Shown here: positions 53,488 to 64,000 of the stretch, piece after piece
Layout of the letters: each line of letters opens with the position of its first letter
Position numbering within the stretch: position 1 is the first letter of the stretch
NCBI RefSeq assembly: GCF_009914755.1
Contig: NC_060930.1
Direction: 5' to 3' (one strand)
Length of the DNA: 64,000 bases
Source: the human T2T-CHM13v2.0 reference genome, Homo sapiens
Made by a program: the position numbers and the translations under genes
Notes under the pieces: generated by a model
What the model saw: the letters and a program-made list of their open reading frames with translations, nothing else
The model's database searches: none
What the model was told of the DNA's origin: nothing

Positions 53488-56400
53488 TTAGACATAGACA
53501 CAAATGATTCCTAAGCTAAGACATTATACAGAAGAATTTCAGTTGCAGCCAAGATAGCCTTGCTGCAGTTCAATATGGAGCAAATGTTGAAGTTGAAATC
53601 CATATATATGCCTCTCAATTTAATGGTTAATGAAGTTTAACGTTTGGAGTAATTTTTTGAAAAAACAAAAATGAGCTTTATAGTTGCTTTCATAGGCCCA
53701 AGAAGTCCCTGAAGTTCATAGAAAGAGCTGGCAAATCCTCAAAAATAAAACACAGTTCTTTTGTGTGTATGCTCTTTTTTTCCTCTCTGGAGATATGGCC
53801 AGGCTTTCATCAAATTTTCAAGTGAAAATGATCAAAAAAGATTAAGAAACACTAAAATAACTTTAGGAGTATCCTTTCAGCTTTAAATTTTCATTTACAT
53901 CTGTTTTCTTCATAGATAAACAGTAGGTACACATGAAAGCTTACAACTTCATTTTTTATTTATGCTGAGCACTCAGAAGTTTTAGATTTAAGACTTGGCA
54001 TAAATATTATGTAGGTCACTAACTGTGAAGAGGAATGAATAAGGGTGCACCATTAAAATAGTAACAAGTAAAGAGAGGGCTTCTGAGAGTTGCAAGACAT
54101 TCTAGAAGTACAATTTTTTTAAAGTAAGATTAAAATTAACATAGTCTTAATTTTATGTTATTGTACCTCCATCATCCTCCACCATTTCTAGTTCCAATGT
54201 AATTAAAGCAACAAGTATTAATGTAGAATTAATAACTATAGTATGTGGCTTGGGTAACACAGGAAAAATAGAGCCTTTGTGGATATAAGAGCATTTTTAT
54301 TTGTGCAAATAAATTTTCATGTGTGGAATATGTAAACATGAATGGTTAGGATTATTTTATACCTATTTTAGCATTATTTATAAGCATTTTAACAGAACTG
54401 CTGCACATATTAGAACATGGCACATCTATTTGTTGTCCATCACATTTCTTTTTATTCCGTGCAAATATAAAAAAGATATATTTTCAGTCTTCTGCCTTTG
54501 TCTGATCTGTATCCTAAACACATATTTAAGGGGTTGTTTTAGTCTTTCAACAAACTACTAGAAACTTTGTTAAATTTATTTTAATAAAATAGAAAAAATT
54601 GCAAACAATCATAGAGCTTAATGATCAACAGATTTAGTAAGCAGATTTAGTATACATATTTTAATCATTTCATCTGAGAAACAATAGCACACATATTTTA
54701 TTACAAATATGTTAAAAGGATTCTTCAAATATGTAGTCCACTGACTGATGTTTTGTGACTTAGAGATGCACAGAAAACAATTTGATTATAAAATATTATG
54801 ACCCCTACTAATTCTTTCATGCTCTGTTTTATGAAAAGATTGGACTTTCTTTTTTCTGTATGCTTTTCAACAGGTTATAGACATATATGTTCACAGTCTA
54901 GATACCATATGTACACTAAGTTCTTCAGGAAGAGAAAAAATTTTTTTTCTTATCTGCACTTTGTTTTCTCTCCCACTTTAAAATCTTTGCATAAAATCAC
55001 CTTGCAGAGTGATATTCTTTACTCTCTCTCTTCTTGTCTGAGTTGTTGCTAACAGCTTTTAATTTGGGAAGTGTATCTCTGAGTTTACTGCGCCTCACTG
55101 GTTTCAGCTCAATTGTTTCTCTAGCCAGCAGAGCATTTCATTTCTTCTGAAGGTCACCACAAGCTGCCAAGGCTTTGAAAACATACCATCTTTTCATTCA
55201 TGCTGCAATCTAACCCTGCAGTGCCATTAAGAGAAGCGGAAGCAGGCATGTGACTTTTTCTATCAACAATTATTGAATTTATTGTAATATAAAGTGAATT
55301 AGGCCATCAGTGAGCAAGGATCCTCCATAATGCCACCTTTGTTCAAGACTGTAGAAATTATTTTTTGTATTTTAGTAGTCTGTCTGTGTATAGATAATTA
55401 TTTGTATAAATTATACCAAAATGTCATCTGCTTTTGGAAGTTACTCTTCCAACCATATCACTACCGGTTGCAATAAACCAATGATGCAGGAAGCTGTCCC
55501 GATCTAAGGACACTCATAAAACAAACACCACATTGGCCATCTGTTGGAGGAGGGATGGCATTCAATGTAATGTGTGCCTGGAACACATCCAGTATTGTTT
55601 ATTCTGTCACATATCAGATGAGCACTGAAATCAAATTGATGATTTTTTAATTCCAAGGGGACAAGAAATGGAGAACAGAGGAGATGATTCCAGATATACG
55701 CAAAAGTGTTCAAGTGACAACATGATCCAAAAAGTGAAAAAAAATTAATAAAAGCAAAGGAAGAGTAACTCACATTATACTTGCCAGATATTTACACTCT
55801 TGGGCTAACAAAAAAGCATTTCAATATTACTTTTATGTTCTACAGTTAATGCTGCTAGAAAAAACCAAAACCTTCCTAGATGAACAAGTCAATTGAATCA
55901 ACAGCACAAATTATTTTAAAGATTTTAAGGGCAACAACAATTTTTCTATATTTTAGATAAGATTAAAATGTTTTAGATTATTGAACATGCCAATGTTTTA
56001 GATTAGCTTCTCTGAAAGAGGTGAGCTGTGAATCATGAATGTTTTTTGTTTGGTAGGTAGTGGTTGTTATTTTCAGGTTCTGAGGCAATGAAATTGTTGC
56101 ATAGCAGTTACACAGTTAGTTAGAAAAATAAAATGAGATTTTCCTTTTAAAAGCAAATTATTCTTCTATGTTTTAATGGGAAACTCACTGAAGTTTGATT
56201 CAAAGCTCTGATTTAATATCTTAGATTTTCCAATTATCAGTGAGGAAACTTTGTGCAAGTAATTTAATTTCCCTGATTCCTGGTTTCCTTAAGATGTAAA
56301 AATATCAAATGTGGAATTTATGTCCAACGTCCCCCTAAAAGCTAAGTCACTGTGAAAACATAAATAATTTTATTTTCAGTTTAGGTAAAATATATAGGTC

Positions 56401-56719
56401 AATCTTGGAGGAAATACCCATAGGATTTCTCACATTCTCATGTAGAAGTGCCCTTTTCCTCCCCAAATGATCTCCGCTTCCTGCATTACTAACAAGGGTA
56501 ATCGTTAACACACTTGGAGTAAACGGATGCATGTAGTTCCAGTATCCAGATGTCCCTTAAGAATGAGGTGCTAACTGAAATGTGAAGGAATTCTATAACA
56601 GTCTTAAAATCACAATAAGGAAAATACTCTTTCTTCTGGGTTTGGAGCCATATCTATGGATATAATATTTAAATAGTATATTGTAATTTTTTTATTCTTT
56701 GACATTTAATGAAAAATAC

Positions 56720-56995
56720 ATTTCATACATCCATCTGTTTATTTAGTAGATATTTATTGAGTACCTATAGTGGTAGGTTAGGCACCTACCTAGCTGGGAA
56801 CAAAAGTAACATGGTGCCTGCCCTCGTCATGCTTATGCTTTACTTTGGGGAGTGACACCAACATCAGGTAAACTAAATTATTCCACAAATGGTCCTAAGG
56901 GCCATGAAGGAACCATAAGAGTAATGATGGGAGGCGGGGGGCGGGGGGGGTAGGCTGGAGGGCGGGAAAAAGTTATGAGGCTTATTTTAGACAGG
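56720..56995 (-). mobile_element. L2 3' fragment containing a G-rich tract
   Basis: ATATTTATTGAGTACCTA..TGGTGCCTGCCCTCGT..AGGGCCATGAAGGAA. Confidence 0.6.
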
Positions 56996-57809
56996 GTGGC
57001 TAGCGATCTGACTACCCCATCATCAAAATTACATTAAAACACACACATCAACAAGAGAAAATGGGATGTCCTCCTTAACATCACTGTTAATTCAAATACT
57101 CAAATTAGGGTACTTTAGTAAATAAAATGAGCTTTTCTCCACTTGAAAGTTGGAACTCTTAGCTCTTACGCATACAACTGGCGAGAGTTAAGCCCACTGT
57201 AGTGTGAGCAGATGCCACCCAAAGTCCCCTACCCTGACCTGCCAAGGCTTATTAATCTCCACCATTTAACACCTTGCTATTCATGGCTCTCTGTCCTGGA
57301 GAGTAAACTATATTCTGTCCACTTCATGTCCAGCCCATAATATAGGGTGACTAATTAGAAAAAGCTGTAATGTCTGCACCAGCCAGAAGCATAGGACATA
57401 TATTTTTTTAACAAGTTCTTAACAATGCTTTAACTCAACTTCAATCCCTTCATTGATTTCAAAATCCATGTGGATTATCTTCCTAACTTATGTATCTACT
57501 CCTCACTGGATTGTTCAAATTGCTATTTTTTTCTCCTCCTCTCCCCTATTCTCAGGGATCTAATATCAGACTCTTTAAGTAGATTTTTTTTAATAACTGT
57601 CTGACAACAAAAGGTTGCCCTGGGCAAAATTATAATAGTAAAATATAGGTCATTGATTCTGCCCACTAAGGCTCTTCACAGCATTATTTCCTATTTCTAT
57701 GTACAAATCTGTTCTCTTAAATTGCTTTTCCTCTAGCTCTTTATAATTAACTGAGTCCTACCCCATCTCCCTCTTGCAGGTTATACCCTAAGCCTAGAGC
57801 AACCAGCAT

Positions 57810-58005
57810 CGTGATTACAAATAAGGTGTCAGCAGACTTGGGTTCAAATGCCCACTTGACCTCTCACTACCTACAAGATCATGGGCAAGTAAATGAACCT
57901 CTTGGGGAAATAGAAGCAGTTACCTTGTCAAGTTGTTATGAAGACTAACTAAAATATCAATCACTCAGCACTATGCTTGGACCTAGCAAGTGCTCAATGC
58001 CTATT
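57810..58005 (+). mobile_element. MIR SINE
   Basis: CAGACTTGGGTTCAAAT..GGGCAAGT..GTTGTTATGAAGA..AGCAAGTGCTCAAT. Confidence 0.7.
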
Positions 58006-59264
58006 AAGATTTTATAATTCCATAATCTTTTTTCTAAGAATGATTAAAACATCCCTTTTATTAGCTCCTATCAGCCCAAGGAGACACAAAATGTAGGTAT
58101 TTCTATCATCTTAGCAGTTTTTTGTTTTGCTTTGTTATTTGTTTGCAAAAAACAAAACAAAACAAAACAAAAACAAACAGTGGATATATAAGACAAAGTG
58201 GATATATTTATCTAGATATATAAATTAAATATGCATCCAATTTTTATTTATGTGGTTTCTATTAAACATGATACAAGTTTACTTACATGTTTCTGATGAT
58301 GTTATATATTCCAATCTCACAGAAAATATAAGAATTCAGAATGTTTAATTTTCTTAATTAATACATTTCTTTTGCATTATCCAATTTACATGCACCATTA
58401 CACAACTTTATGATTTAGATAACTCCCCTCTTTTGGATTCAAAGATATTACTCCTGGGAATGATTCTACAGACAAATACTGCCTAGGAGAATAATTTTTA
58501 TCTTGAAGTTTTTGGTAAACTTGACTCTTATATAGTACAGCTTCTGGTTACCAGCTGTCACTGCTATTTTCAAAGTCTATGGCTATGTCTTGCTGATGCC
58601 TTGTGAAGGCCATTTTGGAAGTCTTTGTTAAGGGGCAACATCAATTTCTCATCTTTTAATTCTACTTTTTTTCTCTTTTTTGGTACCCTGGGTACATATA
58701 TCATAAGTAGCACAGGTGAGCAAATTAAAATGTTACTTTTCCAGAGAGTATAAATATCTTGCTTTTATACTTGACAGTTATTTTGGAAACCATTTCATAT
58801 TTTAAAGTTCTATTTTATTTTTTCTTGTGATTGAATAATATTCCATTGTATGACTATGCCTTAATTTATTTCTTCTGTCCTTACAGAAGGACATTTAAGT
58901 TTTTCCCAGTCTTTTGCTACTACAAACAAGATTGTAATAAACATACTTTATTCCTTTGCATACATGTATGAGTACGTCTTTAAGTATCTGATACTATTTT
59001 TTTGTTGTTGTTGTTAGTGGCTCTACTATTATCCCAATTGGGCGTAGAGCCTCATTGCCTCTCTCATCCTTTTTCATAACAATGGACGGCACATCAAGTT
59101 GTTAGTTTTTCATTTGCATCCTTTTCTTTTGTAATCTTTCACTGGAGAGGAAGAAATAAGGATAATAATAATAATAATAACTATTAGAACTTGTTATTGA
59201 ATGCATACAAGACATTCCCTAGAAAAATCTTAGAAATATTGGTGGTGGCATGAGTACTCTGTAG

Positions 59265-59420
59265 GTGACTGCACTGTTATTGGGACTCTACATACATTAT
59301 CTTTAATTCTTACAATTAGACAGGGTGTATTTATTACATCCATTTTTCTAATGAAACTGAGACTCAGGTCGAATTAGTAATTTCACCAAAGTTACAAAGT
59401 TTAAGTATTAAAGCCAGGCT
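59265..59420 (-). mobile_element. MIR SINE
   Basis: TACATACATTATCTTTAATTCTTACAA..CCATTTTT..GAAACTGAGACTCAG. Confidence 0.65.
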
Positions 59421-60033
59421 AGGTGCCTCAACGCTCTAATTTCTAAACTTAGACTCTATCTTCAAATTTATAATGTCTCTCTAATGCATGACAGTCTTTA
59501 TATGCTGATTCATTATGTCTTCCAAATCCTTCTGTATCTACTCAGTGTCCACTAGTTCAGGGGAGCTACTGAAAAACCTCCCAAAGTCTTCTTCCCTTCT
59601 ATGATTCCTCTCACTGTCCAAATAACCTCACTCCCATATTAATTCGATTGCATCATAAGATAGCTCTTGTGATCTCTCTATTCCTATTTCACTATCTGCA
59701 CCCACTTCTCTTGTCCCTCATTGATATGTCTACCATTTTGGTAGCAGTATCGGGGTGTAGGGGCTTTCTAACTAGGTATAAATGTAATGAGAAAGGGTGA
59801 AGGAAGCTCTGGCCAGGTAGAGGTCCCAGTCCCTTACATCACCTTAACCAAACAGCTTTATTTGTATCTGCTTTATGTGTAGGGGAGTTATTAATGTTTT
59901 ATTTGAGAAAAATTTGCACAGCTAAAAACTAAACAGAAAACCATGAAATATTAGCTCCATAAGGACAGGAGTATTTTTTCTCTTTTGTTCACTCCAGTAT
60001 TCTCAGCACCTATAATGGCAGTACATAGGAAGT

Positions 60034-60034
60034 G

Positions 60035-60071
<37 letters not shown>

Positions 60072-60087
60072 CATATATATATATATA
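60034..60087. repeat. (CT)n(AT)n microsatellite
   Basis: Read directly; lies at the tail position of the adjacent Alu monomer. Confidence 0.95.
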
Positions 60088-60190
60088 AAGCCAGGGTCTC
60101 ACTAGGTTGCCAAGGCTAGTCTCGAACTCCTGGCCTCAGGCAGTCATGCTGTCTTAACTTCCCAAATTTCTGGGATTACAGGCATGAACA
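60088..60190 (-). mobile_element. FLAM/Alu left-monomer fragment inside an L2 3' end
   Basis: GGGTCTCACTAGGTTGCCAAGGCTAGTCTCGAACTCCTGGCCTCA..TGGGATTACAGGCATGA. Confidence 0.8.
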
Positions 60191-61904
60191 GGCATATTTC
60201 TGGATGAACAAATAAATGAATGGATTTAATTAATTTTGGCTTCATCTAACTGAAACTTTGGGCAATTCACCCAACTACTATAAGCCTCTTTATATTTTTC
60301 CCTCATATAGAATGCTCCACTTCCGCCTAATAGCATTGTAGAGATTAAAAATATAAAAATACCTAGCACAGTGCCTGAAACATTCTGGCATTTGGGTTTA
60401 TTGCTCCATCTATATCAAAAACGATTTGCTGTTTCATAAACCTACCTTTAGCTGAAATTTCCTGTCCTCTTTCCCTTTTAATTTTTTCTTCATTAATGCC
60501 ATTAGAGGTGTTCTCAAGGTCTTTCTCAATTAGCCTGGTGAACAGCTCTGGCTCTGCCTCTCATTCATTATAAAACTCTTTATTATCCTGCTTGGGCTTA
60601 GCACTTTCTGGCTTGAGTTATTGCTCTGTGTTCCACATTCTCTGTAAGACTGTAAGCTGAAGAAGCTGGGGACTCCAATCCATTGCCATCTCTCAATAGT
60701 TGTTAACAGTGCAAGTTCGATAATGATAAAGATCTTTTAAAATACATGTAGCACAACACAATAATAAATGAAGGTTTTTTTCACTTACCCACATAAAAAT
60801 GTTAATATCAACATAACATAAAGTCTACTTCAAAGTATTAGATTTGGTACAATATACAATGTTCTAGCAAAATATGCATGTCAATGTATCTTTTTACACA
60901 TAGACACACACATATATCTGTGTCTGGCATTTGACTGTTTATCTGATTTTTGGCATTTGTCTATATCCCGTGATAAAGGAAGGTAAAGAAAAAACAGGCT
61001 AGTCTGACACTTTTTGCTCACTTAATAATTTAATAACTTGGTGACTTGATCTTTCCAATTAATTATTAAGATCATACTTATAAGAAGTGGAAAAGCCACT
61101 TATTTTCTTACAATCACTACTGAATTTACTTTTCTCCACACCATTTAGATTACCATAGTATGTGGCTTTTTTCATTTACACAGTTCTTGATAGCATACAG
61201 ACTTTTCCTTGGCATGATAATTCTTGTTAGTAGCATTAACTACAAGTAATAGAATTTTTAGCCTTTCAGAATTTCTGTCACAAAGTCAGAGAAGAAAAAT
61301 TCTACATGCCTGCAAATGTATTTCCTGCGCAACTGAAATATAAATGTGGTTTTAAAGTAGCAATATAATGCGTCTTTCAGAATGTGTTTATATTTTCAAT
61401 TTGTTTTATCCTAACTCTCAAAATGAATAAGTCTGTGGTAGCCAACTGGCTTCAAAGTAGCTTAACCTTAGTTTTAAGACCATACTAAAAATATTGTCTG
61501 CACAACCTTTCCTAATCAGGTTTGAAAGAGACAGGTGGGCCTGCTTTTTCCTTGTACTGTGTTTATGGTTATAATCTACATTTGCTCACATAACATATTA
61601 AAAAAAATCAGCTGCAGAACTGACATCAGAGAAAGTGATTCCAAATTCTAAATATATATTCTAAATTAAAAAAGGTAACAGTGAAGCCTATAAATTCCCT
61701 GTTGATAATGACCAAAATCCATTTAAGCAAAAGTAATAAATGTGAAGAAACCTGTTTGTGAAAGGACAAGAATCCTGGAGGTCATTTCTGTAGAAGCTGC
61801 TAAGGTAGCACTTGAGAAAATTCCTAAGAGCTTATTTCCTTTCTTGCCATCTATAATTCCCAATCTCTCTGAAGGTTTATTTCACTTACCCACATAAAAG
61901 ACTA

Positions 61905-62310
61905 GCTATATTACTGCGATATGGCAATGCATGCATACCTAATAGTATAGACAGTATTAAACTTCACAAATATTTGCATCTCCACCCGGGGGTAGGAAAA
62001 TTATATTTCCTTGCTTCATGGATGTCAGATTTGACCATAGGCATTGATTTGGCTAATAAAATGAACACAGTGACTTGTGTCACTTTCAGAGGAAAGCATT
62101 TAGAGCCAGTGTGTCCTTAGCAATGATCTCTTTTCATTCCTGATAAATGCTGCTCTGCTGGTCGGGGACTTAAAGTGCAGACTTGGAGTGGAGTTTCCAA
62201 CTTGCAATACACACATAGTGGGAGGGAGAAATGAATCTTTAAAGTCTTAAGCCATTGAGACTGGTCATTTGTTACCTCAACATAATGTAGCCTATTGCCA
62301 ACTAACAAAT
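61905..62310 (+). mobile_element. MLT1 (I/J-like) MaLR LTR
   Basis: TTTGGCTAATAAAATG..GTGTCACTTTCAGAGGAAAGCATTTAGAGCCAGTG..TAAGCCATTGAGA..TTTGTTACC..CATAA..AGCCTA..ACTAACA. Confidence 0.75.
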
Positions 62311-62619
62311 GTGATAAGGAGCCATGCCCCAGAATGAAGGGAGACTCTTTTACCTAGAAGGTAGGAAGGAAGAAAACATAAAGCAGGATTAGTATTCAGA
62401 TTAGAGAAAGATAGCATATGTAAAACTGCCTAGTGCATATTTAATGATATGTAAAATTATTAAAGGATTAAGGAGGACTCATTTTGGGATGATTTTTATG
62501 TGTTGGGGGTGATACAGGTAAAATAATTAATCTGTTCATACCAATAGTACAAGGGTGCTTACATTTTATCCTCAAAAATCATTGTAACCCTTAGTTGACA
62601 GTATGATTGGTGGCAGGGA

Positions 62620-62850
62620 TCATGAAATTTTGGCAGGAATCAGAAAGATAAGGAGTTCAAGTCCTATCTCTTCCTCTTTTTAAATGTTCAACTTTGAATA
62701 ATTTAATTTAAGCCGCAATTTCCTCATCTGTAAAAGTATAATGTGGAGGCTACCTCATAGCATTATTATGAAGATAACATATAATGCATGTTACGGGTTT
62801 AATATGGTATATGATGTGGCATACAATGTGTATTCAACCAGTACAAATCT
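62620..62850 (+). mobile_element. MIR SINE
   Basis: CAATTTCCTCATCTGTAAAA..CTACCTCATAGCATTATTATGAAGAT..ATAATGCATGT. Confidence 0.75.
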
Positions 62851-64000
62851 CATTATGCACATTTAGTTTATACTTTCCCACTCAGTAAATGGAAAAATAA
62901 AGTATACAGAGTTATCCAGGGTATAAAGCTATAGAGTATTGGTTTCAGGTTTTGGATCTTAATTTGAGACAGGGTGTTTCGAAGATTCTCAAAAGGCAAA
63001 CACAGTTTTACCTTTAGGGCCAAAGAGGCCTGGGAGGCTGTTTTAAAGGAACACTGAGTCAGAGGGTGAGTAGCTGTGCTGTTTCCTTCTGTTAACAAAG
63101 ACATTTTGAGAAGACCCCTGCAGGGTCTTCTTCCCCCTGCTGGGGGACACTGGCTTCTTCCTGTCCTTTCTTAGATTCTGAGAGTATAAGATTCAAGAGG
63201 AGGAAGGTGAAGATAAATACAACCTAACAGAAAAACTGCTATGTATTGCTATAGTTATTTTTGCACATATAATGTAACTACATAAAAATGCTTACCCACT
63301 GTGGTTCCCTTTTAGACAACAGGGCTGCCAGGTGCCATTGGCACCCAATTTAGTGACTGGATAAGAAAAATCAGAAAGCTTCTAAATTCTAGATAATGTG
63401 AGAGAATTAAAACTGTGTTCCCTTTAATATCTTTTCCAAAAACTGTCATCTCTAACTTGGCCTTAGAGGGACAAGTAGTTTCTTACGTGAGCAGGTTTCT
63501 AGTTTCAGCTCATCACTTTTCTTCATCATTTACACATGGCTTTTGACTTTCAAACATGGTACCATAGAACAAAATCCTTGGACCTAAAACATTTTGATGC
63601 AACATTAGCTTGATGACTCTGACTCTCAGTTTTAAAAAATGAATGACCTTCTCCCCGAATTATTTAATCATTATATAGGGTGGGATGTATTCTCTGTTTT
63701 CTTGCAGATCAGTGTCCATCAACATAAATTCCCTTGTGCATATGAAGTGTCACTTGTCAGTTATTGACTTGTTTTTATGTTCTTTGCCTCTTCAAGCCAA
63801 AGCCTATTTCAATTTATAAGACAACTGGTCTAGATGCACAAAGTCTATCGGTACCATCACTGTATAGTGGTGTTCTGAAAGCAGACATTCAACCAACATA
63901 TTCAGGTGCATTCAGATGGACCAGGGATGGGCTCCACAGGTCTGAACTATCACTTATACATCTGTAGAATCACTGCTCTTAAGGTTTCTAGTGATTCCAA

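Noticed and set aside
63129-63143. Second CTCF-like motif (CCAGCAGGGGGAAG, minus strand)
   Set aside because: Lacks the conserved 3' C-R-C positions; too weak without ChIP data.

Overview
This is AT-rich primate (most likely human) non-coding DNA, either intergenic or deep intronic; I cannot assign the locus from sequence alone. I find no supportable protein-coding exon, CpG island, rRNA or tRNA gene. The listed ORFs are chance frames or derive from Alu, L1, L2 or MER11. Much of the window is interspersed repeat: 9 Alu/FLAM copies, L1PA/L1MA/L1MB/L1ME pieces, long L2 relics with readable RT motifs, MIR, L3/CR1, a MER11 solo LTR, MST/MLT1 LTRs, and DNA transposons (MADE1, MER2, MER47, MER58, MER5, Charlie1). 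These are interleaved with repeat-free blocks rich in TF motifs (candidate enhancers) and one strong CTCF motif. The most notable structures are: (i) a nested L1 insertion with a probable 3' transduction bounded by an exact 17-bp TSD (24742-25323); (ii) a multi-template patchwork insertion at an L2/L2 junction (13908-14448); (iii) several short, same-strand paired duplications spaced 0.08-3.6 kb apart; (iv) a 5'-truncated AluYd-lineage element with no TSD; (v) a tiny U6-like fragment; (vi) an intact MADE1/miR-548-type hairpin. I see no evidence for a novel multi-gene system. Repeat subfamily calls come from recalled consensus sequences, and old-repeat boundaries are approximate (about +/-30-50 bp).
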